Assembly: GCA_951406725.2 (NCBI GenBank)
Contig: OX597842.1
Span: forward strand, 21,204,001-21,268,000
Direction: 5' to 3'
Source of the DNA: Octopus vulgaris
Lineage: Eukaryota
Length of the DNA: 64,000 nucleotides
Part shown: positions 1 through 14,689 of the stretch, one piece after another
How the letters are laid out: every line of letters begins with the position of its first letter
Numbering within the stretch: position 1 is the stretch's first letter
Notes under the pieces: model-generated
The model's input: the letters and a program-made list of their open reading frames with translations, nothing else
Database searches by the model: none
Told to the model about the DNA's origin: nothing
Program-made: the position numbers and the translations under genes

Positions 1-16
1 TCAGGGCAGCAGAGAG

Positions 17-420
17 CATATCTGAGAGGGCCACTATGAAAATCAGTGGCCCTAAGACAGTGCCCTGTGGAACACCACTCACTATTTGTGGTTCCGTTGA
101 GGTGGTGCCACTGGCTACCACTGCCTGACTTCTGTCTTTCAGAAAGTCATGTAACCATTCTCCAAGTTTTCCAGCTTAACAAATAATTTTTTTGAGTTTC
201 CTGTTCATCCTGATGTGGGGGTCATTGTCGAGATGTGCCTTAACTCGTAATCGAATCGCAGCAATGAACTCCTAAAATGGCCATAGGTGTGTTTGACTTG
301 ATTTTGTGGAACTCTTTTTGATCCTGGACTCTAACCTACCATGGTTTTTATGAACTGAACTTTTTTGATGTACTCTTTTGTTTGAGAGGAGTAAGAAAAA
401 ATTTTTTTAGTTGATTGATA
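17..420. repeat. ~400-bp segment (CR1-like RT fragment SGVPQGTVLGP plus adjacent DNA) duplicated at 3386-3786
   Basis: Near-identical direct repeat 3.4 kb apart. Confidence 0.9.
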
Positions 421-766
421 TTTTCTTTTATTTTATTTGGATTTTTAGTAGCATGACATGCTATAGAATTTTTAGCCAATTGTATATACCTTCTTGATAG
501 ACCGTTGTATATACCTGCATTTTTTTTGCATATATATTTTTTACCTTCAAAGTTTTTTTATATATGTATAATTTATATGTTTAAGCACCATGGTAATATT
601 TATATATGATGAAATGTTTTATATATAAAGTCATTGACTCGAATTTGATGTTTGTTGTATGATCAATGTTTCTTTATCTCTGTCTCAATTACATTTGAGC
701 ACTTCTTTTTTGTAGTCCTATAATCCCTTTGTTTCCATAAAAAGGAGACAGAAATTATTTCTTGTC

Positions 767-818
<52 letters not shown>

Positions 819-971
819 TAATGGGGGTGGACTCTAGCTTGAACGTGCCTGAGATTTGAAACAAGATCCATTGGTCCTAGGGGGTGGAGTGTTTCCTCAT
901 CAATCATCTAGTTCCCTTTACGGAATTCCTTGTAACACTAAAGATGAAATGAAAGCAAGGAATATGGCAGC

Positions 972-2000
<1,029 letters not shown>

Positions 2001-2006
<6 letters not shown>

Positions 2007-2577
2007 TAGTAATGCAATACTACAGTATTGCTTTCCAGTAAAGAATAGCCCGTGAGGGAAAAATACACAAAGTAGTAAATATATGGCACAACGAAGTACC
2101 GATATTTACTGGAAATAGCGAACGTAATAATACGACGCTAATGTATAGCTTCACCGCGTATGTATTAGGAAAAATGCGTGTGTGCATCAAACTAGAAAAG
2201 ATTGTCTTACCTCCAGGGAAAACATCTGAAAGATGAAATACCTGGAAAAGGATAACGTGGGACCTGCAGGTTTCAGATTTTACAAGATATGTCTGCCACC
2301 CATAATCTTGTTCTATCTTCATCAGCCAAGCATATACCATGACAAAATCTCAGATGTTACCACATTAAAGCCATTACAATCGACTGAAACGCCGAAACGC
2401 CAACAGCACGAAAACGGTGAAGAAGCTTCAATAAATTAGTAATGCAATACTACAGTATTGCTTTCCAGTAAAGAATAGCCCGTGAGGGAAAAATACACAA
2501 AGTAGTAAATATATGGCACAACGAAGTACCAATATTTACTGGAAATAGCGAACGTAATAATACGACGCTAATGTATA
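2001..2577 (-). mobile_element. Retrozyme/Penelope pLTR-like element: 430-bp unit with 147-bp terminal redundancy and a hammerhead
   Basis: 2001-2147 is repeated almost exactly at 2431-2577; the hammerhead lies between the copies; the element abuts (TA)n. Confidence 0.7.
2258..2328 (-). ncRNA. Type I minimal hammerhead ribozyme (GUC site)
   Basis: Minus strand reads tgg-CTGATGA-agat..acaagat..atcttgt..atct-GAAA-CCTGCAGG-TC-cca: intact core, extended stem II, palindromic stem III. Confidence 0.85.
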
Positions 2578-2623
2578 CTATTACGTATACTATTCCAGTA
2601 AATATATATGTGTTAGTGTATAT

Positions 2624-2888
2624 ATGGCCCAGTGGTTAGGGCAGCAGACTCGCGGTCGTAGGATCGTGGTTTCGATTCACAGACCGGGCGTTGTGAGTGT
2701 TTATTGGGCGAAAACACCTAAAAGCTCCGGCAGGGGGCGTTGATCCCTGCTGTACTCTTTAACCACTCTTTCTTCTGTTGGCCTGCTGGCTTAGCCAGCA
2801 GGGTGGCGTCATTTGAAGGCTAAAACAAAGCGAACGCAATTTGACCAGCAATGTGTAACTACATCTGATGGACTGGTCGGTCACGTGA
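2624..2888 (+). mobile_element. tRNA-derived SINE
   Basis: A box tggcccagtggttagg, B-box-like gtttcgattc, non-tRNA body. Confidence 0.75.
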
Positions 2889-3974
2889 TATATATACACT
2901 TATATACATACATATATATATTTATATACATATATATATATATGTTTGTATGTATATAGTTTATATCCAATTAAAAGAAGAAAAGTAAAGAAGATTGATC
3001 CTCATAACATCCAAAAGAACATGTTTTCACGCTGATAAAATGATACTCATGTCACATAAATGTAAATTTAATGTATAAATTTGTAATAATTTCTTGAAAT
3101 AGCTGTAAGCAGCAAAGATGGCCAATTTGGTAACAAAAAGTATTAAATTCCTTATCTCTAATTTCTTTATTTCTTTTAAATGAATATAAACCATGTGCTT
3201 AATAAGATCTATATATAATATATATGCTTAATATAGATCTAATGTTTTAAGGGATTTTCATTCCCCCAAAATTCTAAGTATTGAATCAGTATTTCCTTGA
3301 ATACATCTATCCCTTCCAAAAGCTAACATATCCCCTAATTATATGCATACATATATTTTTATGTATATATATACATACATACATACATATCTGAGAGGGC
3401 CACTATGAAAATCAGTGGCCCTAAGACAGTGCCCTGTGGAACACCACTCACTATTTGTGGTTCCGTTGAGGTGGTGTCACTGGCTACCACTGCCTGACTT
3501 CTGTCTTTCAGAAAGTCATGTAACCATTCTCCGTTTTCCTGCTGAACAAATAATTTCTTGAGTTTCCTGTTCATCCTGATGTGGGGGTCATTGTCGAGAT
3601 GTGCCTTAACTCGTAATTGAATCGCAGCAATGAACTCCTAAAATGGCCATAGGTGTGTTTGACTTGATTTTGTGGAACTCTTTTTGATCCTGGAGTCTAA
3701 CCTACCATGGTTTTTATGAACTGAACTTTTTTGATGTACTCTTTCATTTGAGAGGAGTAAGAAAAAATTTTTTTAGTTGATTGATAAGTCTTGTCACACT
3801 CTGTGTCATGCTGAATCTCCCTGAGAACTACATTAGGGGTACACGCGTCTGTGGTGTACTAAGCCATTTGCACGTTAATTTCACAAATGAGCTGTTCCGT
3901 CTTCTTTGAATTACTCTTTACCTCATTTTATAAGATTTTAAAAACTATTTTACTTTCCTTTTTATTCAAAAGAC

Positions 3975-4058
3975 ATGGATGTAAATAAGATTATAAACAA
4001 CATTCTGGATGGGGACTTTGAAGATGTCAAACAACTTATCAAAGAAAATCCTGAAACG
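3975..4058 (+). CDS. First identifiable coding exon, MDVNKIINNILDGDFEDVKQLIKENPET (ankyrin N-cap)
   Basis: Pyrimidine tract and AG at 3971-3972, ATG at 3975, donor gtaagt at 4059. GDFEDVKQLI matches an ankyrin-type helix. An upstream exon probably exists. Confidence 0.8.
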
Positions 4059-4209
4059 GTAAGTTTACTTTATATTGCTTCCTCAATGTTGAATGTTTGT
4101 TTATTATTTTATACACAATATTAAATGTTCCTAAATAACCAGATATATTTGTCCATAATATTTCATTTCTTTCTTTACTTCTTTCCTCTAATCCTCATCA
4201 TTGTCACTT

Positions 4210-5000
4210 TTTATAAACATTCAACCAGACAATGAGGTATGCCAGAATTGATGGAATGTGAGTGAGAGAGAAACCCATCCTCACACACTGCAATGGAGTA
4301 TTCTGGCAGGAAATATTCAGTCCAAGAGATGGGGGACAGATTGACCCAATAGATAAATGATGACTTTGTCAAGAAATTCTCTTGCCATACACAGTTGAAG
4401 GTTTTACCGATGTCAAGGGCTACACTATTTCTTTTGCAGAAGTTGCAAACATAACCAAAACACTGGGGAGTCATGTAGGAATCAGATCCCTGCTTGAACC
4501 GGCTTTATGGAACTGTACTGGGGCTCATTGAATAGAGAAAGATACCCAAAGGGACAAATATGATGGTTGTTTATGACTTTTTACTTCATAATTGAAATAT
4601 TGGAAGTTAGAATGACTGGCTGGTAGTCAGCAGATAGGACACTATCAGCAAGAATTATAAAACAGGGCTTCTCTAAGAGAGTAATGCTACCCTTGCGTAG
4701 GGATTGCGAAGAATTTTATAAGGACCAGGGAGCCAAGGCGGCTGTGGTGGTACAAATATATAAAACTCAATGTGTAGTTGAGTTTGGATCAGAGAACCAT
4801 CATGATTAGGGAGTGGTGGGTGGAATGATTCTGTAAAATCTATAGAGATACTCTAGGTAAGAGACCAGAAAATGTGGCTTTTAATTTGGGAGGGAAGACA
4901 GCTGACAAACGGTGAAATGCAGAAAAAACATCCTTTAATTTCTTGATGAACATCATACATGTATTTCAATGGTGGGTGAATATCTGCCAGTTAGTGAGGG
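4210..5000 (-). mobile_element. Old LINE RT remnant
   Basis: VALDIGKTFNCVW and INSGIP remnants. Confidence 0.55.
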
Positions 5001-6536
5001 TAGGTGTTTTCCTCAAGGATAAGTTGATAGTGCTGTAATACAGTTGTGTATGAACCACTCACACCTTTTTAAATATTGTATGGCTACAAACTAATGTAAG
5101 CCCTGATACTGCTGCCGCATTTAGGCTCAAAATTCTGATCACTGCTTTCATAATATTTCTTATTTTCTCCATTGTTTCTTTTCATTTGTGTCTACTTTTC
5201 CATAGTTGCTCATATTTAGTTGTGATTGGTGTCGTTCCAAAGATGTCACAGATGTCTAATTACAAGTAATTACTTTGTAATAGATTCAGTGACTAACATA
5301 AATAGATTTTCAATCTTTTCCTTGAGCTTAAGCATGAACTAAACAGTCTTTATTTACCTGTTACACCTTGATTTACCTATGCTCTACACCTTTCTTGTAG
5401 ATTTGCTTTCATTCTTTTCCAAGTAGATCTCATGTTGCTGTTTCGCCAGACATATGACATCTGAAGATCCATGCTTCATTTCAAACATCCTGTTCTTCTC
5501 TCACCATCATTTAAATCTTCTTCATCATTATAGCATTAAATGAAAGTGCTACTATGCCAGGCATCAGTGATTACACAGTGTAGAATTTCATGAGCTTTAC
5601 CAGGGAATATAAAACTAAAACCCTGTCTGACATATTTAGAATCTACACAATTATTTCTGAGGGTTTTGACCCTTTATAGCTCTTCCCCTGTTCAGTTACT
5701 TTATACACCATCTTATGGTCTAATCTCAGTAGTTGGTTAGTGTAGATGGTTTCTCTTATTTACCTGTGCGTCTCCTATCAGATACCAAGTTTGAAATCTT
5801 GTCAGTGTTCTCTTCAATTCATAATTGATATCATACATACCAGTAATAAACTGGGAGATTTTCTCAACTGATTTTTTCCCCCTAAGACAGACATCTTATG
5901 TTTCATAAGAAAGACCCTTCCATCTACCATGAAATGGTATATTTGTACTGATTTCCTTCGATATTGCTCTGTCCACTTCTATGAAAATACAGAAAGTACA
6001 AGTCATGTAAAGAAAGACACTAATGACCATCTAAAGTGCATGCCATCGTTCACGGGATAGAACACTAAAAGACAGAAAAGGGAGCAGTAAAAGAACCATA
6101 AAAAGGAAAGGGTGTATAGGAACCAGTGTTTCTGAATTACAGAAAGTGTGGTGTTTTTGAAGGATACAGCTAACAACCAATGTAGATAGTTTATTCCGTA
6201 CCCTGACAATTCTGAGCATAAAATATTGTTTTCGATATCATGGAAACTGGAATGATTTTTTTATTTATTTTATAAGCATGTCTGAGAGTGGTAACGATAT
6301 TAAATTCCAGAAGTGGTCAAATTTGTTATTGGAAGATGAGGGATAATCTTGTGGGATCAAGTGAGTTGCTAGAAATGACAAAATTCTGTGTCGATGCATG
6401 GAGAAGCAATACATTTAAGAAATGATAAGTGATTGAGTGAGGCTAATTGTATGGTTGTACATCTATAGACAGCTTCCAGTAGATTGGCATTCTGGACAAA
6501 ATGAGCATACCAGATTGGAGACATAACCTATACATG

Positions 6537-6830
6537 ATGGCTAACCCCCTCGTTATCGAGTATGGCCATTGCACGAAACTTAACTGTTATTGATGCTGTG
6601 ATTGAATGTGACTTTTTAGCCCAGCTAAAGATCTACAATGTCTTGTACAAAATTGGCAACTAAGACCTTTACTGGTAATAGCCGGCTGTAGTTGTAACTG
6701 GGCTTCATGTACCTTTGCATGTCGTTTAAGTCCTCCTGCCGAATTACACTCTCTTCCACATGCCTGACAGATATGATTAGTATGGCACGTTACACCACCA
6801 CCAGTGGCCAGGTTGTCACTCATCTGTCTC
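6537..6830 (-). mobile_element. RTE LINE extreme 3' end with two C2H2-like fingers
   Basis: CQACGRECNSAGGLKRHAKVH and CQFCTRHCRSLAGLKSH, followed by a 3' terminus shared with 7045-7090. Confidence 0.65.
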
Positions 6831-7489
6831 GCTTTATGACTACGAAGATGACTCGTGAGTCATCCTATACATACATGCATACATATCAGCATATATATAA
6901 CAAAGTATGGATATAGTAATCTAATTAGGTAACAATGTCTAAGTTAAATGTTTGTGAGAATTTGAAGTTGTAGCTTTATTGTACTTAGACCAATGGTGGG
7001 ACTTGAATGACTGGAACTATACATACATACATATATATATATGGTGGCTGCCCCCTCGTTATCGAGTATGGTCATTGTATGAAGCTTAATCAATGTTGTT
7101 ATCGTGCAATGCCTGTGCAAGAAGATTTTTTTTAAAGTGAGGAAAGGCTGTGCACTGAGTCAATCCCACTCACTAAGCAACAGCAGCCATAATCCGAAAA
7201 GAAGAACAAGTCAACATCATCGGTAACCACTGAGCTGCAGGTTTTATGCCGGAGTTATCCCAGTTACCTGAGTTACCTTCGCCTAGAAGGATGCCCTAAC
7301 AAAGGCTAGGAGTCCTTCACTCCCAATGGTTTAACCATGCGATCGGGTATTCAGTCCGATTATTTCTATGTTCCCGTGCATGATACAGCCTTAAGACTTT
7401 TATTGACTCTCAAGAGTTCCTCCACCCTTACATACATACATACATACATACATGTGTGTGTGTGTATGTATATGTGTATATGTATATGA

Positions 7490-7610
7490 AGGCGCATGAC
7501 TCAATGGTTAGGGCAACAGGTTCACAATCAGGAGATAGTGAGTTTGATTCCCAGTCTGGGCTGTGTGTTGTATTCTTCAGCAAGACATTTTATTTCATGT
7601 TGCACACTGG
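7490..7610 (+). mobile_element. Truncated tRNA-derived SINE
   Basis: Homologous to the head of 54480-54805. Confidence 0.65.
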
Positions 7611-7780
7611 TATGTGTGTGTGTGTATCTTTCTTTCTTCATCTTTCATATCCCTTTCTTTCACTCCAGCATCTTCTTTACTCTCTCTTCTCTTCTCTCCT
7701 TTCTCTCTCTCTCTATTCTTCCCTCCTCTCTCTCTATCTCCTTTGATATATTTTATATATCTTCTCTTTCTTCTCTTCAG

Positions 7781-7932
7781 GTCAACCAAATAAACTCACA
7801 CAGTAAAACTTTCTTAATGGCAGCTTGTGCACAGGGCAGCACAAGTCTAATAGCCTTCTTGATAGAATCTGGAGCCAATATAGACATGAGTGACAAAGGC
7901 AAGAATACAGCATTGCATTATGCTGTGAAAAG
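7781..7932 (+). CDS. Ankyrin exon VNQINSHSKTFLMAACAQGSTSLIAFLIESGANIDMSDKGKNTALHYAVK
   Basis: ttctcttcag acceptor, gtaagg donor; ankyrin consensus (GANID..D..NTALHYAV). Confidence 0.92.
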
Positions 7933-8991
7933 GTAAGGCTTGAATTAATTAAAATCTTCAGATCTGCTTTTGTTTTGAAATTTTTTGCAATTCCAGACTA
8001 TTTGAATATCCAAAGATACCATAATAGTGGCAGTGTGACACGATAACAACATGATAGTAATAACCAAATAACATCTTTTTCTCATTTTCTCCATGAATCC
8101 TCTTCATTGAATCACAATAATCTTTTTCGTTATTTTTTGTCAAAACAGATATGATTAGTATGGTGCGTTACACCACCACCAGTGGCCAGGTTGTCACTCA
8201 TCTGTCTCGCTTTATGACTACGAAGATGACTCGTGAGTCATCCTATACATACATACATGCATACATATCAGTATATATATAACAAAGTATGGAGATATTC
8301 TTTGAGAGCCAACAGTTCTTAAGATTGACTCATTGTGATTCAGTGTCTTCTCTTCATATGGATTATGGGGAGAGCAATCAATTTTTCTCCAAAGAAAATG
8401 TTATTTGAGATCTAAAGCAACAAGAAAGATTCTCTAGCTTGTTTTGACAGTAAATAATCTGTAAATTTCTTACAGAAATTATTTCTCACCTCCATCTGCA
8501 ACTCACTCAACACATTTTGAGATCTATTATATTTTGAATTGTGCTTCATAAGGTCATCTCTGGACAATAAAACATGTTTTGAAGTTCTTGTTAGTTTCTA
8601 TAGCTTCTGCAGTCACAAATTGTTCCAGAATTTTACACAAACACACACACACCATCATTGTCATCGAATGTTCCTTTTCCATGCTGGCATGGGTAGGAGG
8701 GTTTGATAGGAACAGACAAGTCAGAAGACCACACCAAACACTACTGTCTGTTTAGGTTTGGTTTCTATGGCTGGACGACCTTCCTAACACCAACCACTTT
8801 GCAGAGTGTACTGGATGCCTTTTACATGCCATCCGAACCAGTGAGGTCACCAATTAATTGCGAGACAAAGACCTCTCAACTGGTTGAGGTCGTGAGGTGG
8901 GGGAGCTAATATTGCTGGAGAGAAAGGTGTCTTGCATTAGAAGAGGGACATGGCTCCTTCAGATGGAGAAGACAGAGGAGGGAAACACTAG

Positions 8992-9496
8992 GTTAAAATC
9001 TTGTGTTTGGCCCAAGCAAAGAAAAAAGCGAAAAAATAGTGCAATAGGTGTGAAACAACATGTAGTAAACGAATATGAAAAAAAAAATATGGCGAACGGG
9101 AGACGACTCGGAAAATTAAAATCTCACCACTTCCCCGTTTGTCGGCGAATTTTTTGTTCTTCATTTTCGTTTTTTACATATTATTTTACACCCGGTACTC
9201 CACTTTTGTTCAATTTTTGTGACGGGGCGGCTGGGTGAGGTGCGGACTCGGATGATTCACACGATCTGGTAACCCCACTCGACAACCGGTCCCAAAAATG
9301 AAAACAAGAAGTGTAATAGGTGTAAAACAACATGTAGTTTTCGGATCCTGTGAAATTGATCGTGTGAATTTTCCGAGTCGTCTCCACCACCCCTCGTTCG
9401 CCAGCGTATTTTTTTTTTTTACATATTCGTTTACTACATGTTATTTTACACCTATTGCACAATTTTTTTTGCTCGAGTCAAACACTAGAGTTTAAC
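8992..9496. mobile_element. Palindromic MITE with ~125-bp TIRs, in intron 2
   Basis: gttaaaatcttgtgtttggcccaagc..gagacgactcggaaaatt is mirrored by aattttccgagtcgtctc..gctcgagtcaaacactagagtttaac. Confidence 0.8.
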
Positions 9497-9512
9497 TTAT
9501 ACACACACACAA

Positions 9513-9545
<33 letters not shown>

Positions 9546-10097
9546 TATATAATAAATATTTGTGTGTTTATATATTCATTTATGTGTGTTATATGACCGC
9601 CATACTTTACTGTTTCTTTTGGCGGTAAAAATACGCCTCGTTGCCCTTAACAACAAACTTTCTCTTGCATAGTCTGTTGCTATGACAACATTACATTTGC
9701 AGACGTAGTTTTGCTGCCAATTACGACGTGCTGCTGTTGTTGTTTTAGATTGATGAGAAATCTGCTATCAATTAGTTTGTCTATAATTTTCAGACATTCC
9801 ATCTTTCGCAAAAGGATTACAATATATTTTTCAATGTATACCAAATATGTAGATACTAACAACGGTACTTAATCCTTGTTTTGTATTGTACACTCGCTGG
9901 GATAAAAATATTTATATTTTATACCCTCACCTATTAATATGTGTATACACACACACGTACACATTTGTTTACTGTGTATTAATGATTATACGTATTTCAG
10001 TGGCTCATATTTCTCTGTCTGTCTGTCTCTCTATATACATACATATATATACACATACACATATACACCTATATAATATTATTGACTTTGACATTTC

Positions 10098-10131
<34 letters not shown>

Positions 10132-10135
<4 letters not shown>

Positions 10136-10854
10136 CATACCTCCACAACTGGGCCCCACGACGAATTTGTTTCCTTATAACTTTTAGACAAATGGATATT
10201 TTTTAATGAAATTTCTTTGACAAAAATGCTTCAGATGATGAAGATTCCAATTACATTGGAAATTGTTGTAAAAACAAATTTTCAAACGTTGAGGAGTTGA
10301 CTTTCTCAAAATTCACCCAAATCCGTTTTGTTTTTCTATAACTTTCAGAAAAGTGGATATTTTGTTTCTGTGAAAATTTCTACAAATCCCTTTGAAATGG
10401 TGTAGATTAGGATTATATCAGTATTTAACATGAAAAAACTTTAAAAATTTGATGATTTCGCACAGATACATACTGACACACATCACGGTTATTTTCCCAA
10501 AGTTCATCTTTTTATTTTCTGTTTTGTGTCAGTGTATATCTGTGCGAATCCACCAATTTTTATAATTTTCTTCATTAAATTCCGATATAATCGAAATCTT
10601 CACCATCTGAAACGGTTTTATTGAAAATTTCATTTGAAAATATCTATTTTTTTGGAAAGAAAGCCGACTCGGGTGAACTTTCCTAAATTTCTCTCTCCAC
10701 CCACCGAAAAGTTTTTTCTCACAACAAATTCCGATATAATTGGAATATTTGCCATCTGAATGATATTTGTGAAAGAAATTTCATTGAAAAACATCCATTT
10801 TTCTAGAAGTTACTAGGAAACATTCGTCTGGGGCACATTTGTGTAGGTTTGCCT
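10132..10854. mobile_element. Diverged foldback MITE with internally repeated arms, inserted in (TA)n in intron 2
   Basis: aggcatacctccacaactgggcccc.. is mirrored by ..ggggcacatttgtgtaggtttgcct. Confidence 0.75.
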
Positions 10855-10871
10855 TTACATACATACATATT

Positions 10872-10916
<45 letters not shown>

Positions 10917-11024
10917 GAGGCTGTAGTATACATAGGTTTTTATGCATTTAATGGAACACGAGTGTATATTTAATGTAATTATTAAGTGAATGTGATGTTT
11001 TATGTTTGTTTTTCTTCCTTTCAG

Positions 11025-11181
11025 CCACCGAACTGATGTTGTCGCCTTCTTAGTCTCCAGTGGAGCAAATGTTAATAAGCATAACTCATGGGGCGACACA
11101 CCTCTACATCTGGCTGTGGAGAAGAACTATGAAGATGTAGTCAAAGTCCTGTTAAATAGCAAAGAAAATAACAATTTACAG
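11025..11181 (+). CDS. Ankyrin exon HRTDVVAFLVSSGANVNKHNSWGDTPLHLAVEKNYEDVVKVLLNSKENNNLQ
   Basis: ttcctttcag acceptor, gtcagc donor; GDTPLHLA motif; phase 2 to 0. Confidence 0.93.
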
Positions 11182-11644
11182 GTCAGCGAATATATATATA
11201 TATATATGTGTCTGTGTGTATAATGATATGTATATTGGTTTGTGTTATATGTATATGAAACAGTTTATATTTATATTTTTTTAATTAAAAAATTTTCTTC
11301 AGCTCACACAGACCTGTACATATATACACAAATATACACACACATAAACGCATATATACACAAAAATGCATAAACAAATGATCAGTGAAGATATAAAACA
11401 CGTATGTATATGTAGGTATTTATGTATATATGTATGTGCGAGAGTGTATATATATATATATATATATATATGCATACACATATGTGTGTGTGTATAGATA
11501 CATTATTAATCTCATTTATTTTTCCCTCACCTTCATTCCACCTGTTTAAATTAATCTGATTCTGTTTTTCTGACATTTTTCCTTTTTTACCTTTTTCCCC
11601 CAATAAACACCATCTTTAATGTCTTTATTGTTTATCTTTTTTAG

Positions 11645-11901
11645 GTTAATCTGCGAAATATTTTGGGTTGCATAGCTCTCCATGTTGCCTGTCTCTTTGG
11701 ACACATAAAGGTTGTTGAACTTCTCCTGCAACAGAATGGCACGGATGTTAATGCTGTGCAGGAAGATGGTTGGACAGCTCTCCATGTTGCCTGTCACTTT
11801 GGACACAGAAAGGTTGTTGAACTTCTCCTGCAACAGAATGGCATCGATGCCAATAAGGTGAACCTCAAGGGTGACACTCCTCTACATCAGGCAGTTCGAA
11901 A
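11645..11901 (+). CDS. Ankyrin exon containing a recent 102-nt internal tandem duplication (ALHVACxFGHxKVVELLLQQNG twice)
   Basis: tttttag acceptor, gtaagt donor; GWTALHVA and GDTPLHQA motifs. Confidence 0.93.
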
Positions 11902-12719
11902 GTAAGTCCCCAATGGATTTGGATTATCCAAATCTGTTTCTTTAATGTTTGTTTTCTTGTTTTGAGTCATTCATGTCATAATCCCACCATGGGTCGTCAT
12001 GCTTCACCCCTCTCTCTCTCACACACTCTAATGACACTGTAATCTAACTTCATTAATTAATCATCATAATTATTGTTGTTGTTGTTGTTACCTGACTGGA
12101 TTCTTTACTTCATCTCATCCTTCGTTACCTCAACGTTACAGGTTCAAATCCTCTCCCTTCTTCCTTTCATTCCATGTACCCCCCCTTCTCTTGTAATTTT
12201 CCTCTTTCCTCTGGCCCTGGGCTAAATGCAGAATCATCCCCTTACTTTGACCCGTTTGTGTTCCAAGTTCAACTCCTGGGGTCAAAATCTGTACCAGTAA
12301 TATCCAGGGCTTCATTTAATAAATTGTCCTCCTCTTTACTCCTGTTCTTGTGTCTGATTACTGTTGGAAAATATTCAGATAAAATTTATAAGTGTTGATA
12401 TCTGGACGGTTTCCTAGTCTTCTGATTGTTTATGGAATATGCGGTGTAATTTTTAATTATGTATCTTATGCAAATAACGTACATCTTCTTTACGCTGGTT
12501 ATGGTAAATCTGTGTTTTGAGTTTATACCCTTCTTATAAATTTTATCTGAATATTTTCCAACCTTTGCCTTTTATTAACCCTTACGTCTTTCTACCCTTT
12601 TAGGCCCCTCTTTTTTGTATATTACGAGTTACCCTTCCAACCCCTTTCGTTGTATTAACAATTAATATTATCTTAATTTTAATGATTTTTAATACTATTT
12701 TAGTTAACAGTATGTATGT

Positions 12720-14135
12720 GTATGTTGTTGGCATCGTTTTTGTCTCAGGAGACAATGGAGTTGCGCATAAAATAGTCTAGTCCGGCTTTTACATTTCATG
12801 TCCTGATACATTTCCTGCTGTGGCTGTGTAGTCCTGTCCTGGACAAACACTCCCTCTGGCAGGTACTGCAAATGTAGCGAAGACTGTTCCTGGCTGGTTG
12901 TAGTGTCATAGTTTCTTGTTGACTTCTTTTCTTGTCTTTCCATTTCTCCTCTCTCTCTCTGTCACTCCTTTGTATTCCCTCTTTTACGGTACGTCCCCAA
13001 TCTCCACGGTTGCTGGCAATTGCTTCCCAACTGCTAATATTGATGTTGCAGGCCTTCATGTCCCTTTTGCAAACATCCTTGTAACGTAAGAACAGTCTAC
13101 CCACAGACCTAGTACCCCTAGCAAGCTCTCCGTAGAGTATGTCCTTGGGGATTCTACCATCTTTCATACGGCTAACATGCCCAAGCCATCTCATACGTCT
13201 TTGTGTGAGGAGTGCAAACATGCTTGGTATTCCTGCTTGCTTGAGGACATCTTTGTTGAGGATATGATTCTGCCATTTGATGCGGAGGATTTTCCGGAGG
13301 TAGCGCAGGTGAAAGATGTTTAGGCGACGCTCTTGGCGTGTGTATAGCGTCCAAGTCTCACTTCCATACAGTAGAGTGCTAAGTACACATGCCTGGTAGA
13401 TCTTCATTTTCGTGGTCTTAGTCAGCTTATTGTTGTCCCATGCCCGTTTGGAGAGTTGGGCCATCGCAGCAGCTGCCTTGCCAATGCGTATATTGAGCTC
13501 AACATCAAGGGATAGGTTGTAGGTGACGGTAGAGCCAAGATAGGTAAACTTCTCCACCTCCTGTAATCTGTGGTCTCCAATATGTATGTTTGGGATGTCC
13601 GATATAGCCTGACCCATGATGTTGGCCTTCTTAAGTCTGATAGCTAAGCCAAAGTTGTTACATGCTTGCTCAAAACAGTTAATGAGCCTTTGGAGGGCTT
13701 CTTCTGTGTGTGATACCAGAGTGGCATCATCAGCAAATAGCATCTCCTTGATCAGGACGTTTCTGATTTTGGTCTTGGCACGCAGGCGCGAGAGATTGAA
13801 CAGTTTCCCGTCACTTCTACTGTGCAGAAACACTCCATCATCTGATGTCTGAAAGGCATGTGAGAGCAAGAGCGAGAAGAAAATGCCAAATAATGTAGGA
13901 GTGAGGACACAACCTTGCTTTACCCTGCTTTTCAATTGGAAGGTGGCTGATGTTGAACCATTGTGCTGTATGGTGCCTTGCATATCATCATGGAAAGACT
14001 TGATGATCCTCAGCAGCTTTGGTGGACATCCGATTTTTTGGAGCAGGATGAAGAGGCCTTTTCTACTTACCAAGTCAAAGGCCTTTGTTAGATCAATGAA
14101 GGCCATATATAGTGGCATTTTCTGCTCTCTATGTG
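12720..14135 (-). mobile_element. 5'-truncated RTE (BovB-like) LINE with intact 440-aa RT/C-terminal ORF 12796-14118, antisense in intron 4
   Basis: FIDLTKAFD, VKQGCVL, LFADD, YLGS, LLYGSETW motifs; C-terminal CxxC..HxxxC finger; short 3' UTR. Confidence 0.95.
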
Positions 14136-14334
14136 TATGTATATATATACATATATGTGTGCGTGGTTGTTTTCGGGTATATGTATTTGTTGATATATAT
14201 ATATATATATATATGGATATATACGTATGTAGTTATGTATGTAAGCATGTATGTGTGTATGTAAGCTTGTATTTTCTGTTTTTTGGTTTATCTATGTATA
14301 TATGTGTAAGCGCACATATACGTGTGTATGTAAC

Positions 14335-14658
14335 GAAGACAATTGAAATTCAAATGTTCCAATCAATCCTATTGAGCTTTCAATCTTAAATTATTTCTAA
14401 ACTTACTACTTAATATATATCACCGTCAAAAATCTGACTTGTATGCATGTACACTTCTGGATTTTGCTATGATGTAAATCAATATTTTTCATTTTATATG
14501 TATTTGCTGATCTATAATGTTTTGCATTATACTGTATTATTATTGTTGTTATTGTTATTATGTTGCTATTTCACTATATTATGCTGTTGATTTTTTCCAC
14601 CTAATATGTACTGTGAACCACGTGATGCACATATTGTTTTACTGGTATTATTATTATT

Positions 14659-14689
<31 letters not shown>

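Noticed and set aside
3031-3110. Hammerhead-like CTGATAA..GAAATAGCTGTA
   Set aside because: The core is mutated and stems I and II do not pair.
6587-6823. Host C2H2 zinc-finger gene
   Set aside because: The fingers are of the RTE ORF2 C-terminal type and are followed by a retroelement 3' end; no TGEKP linkers.
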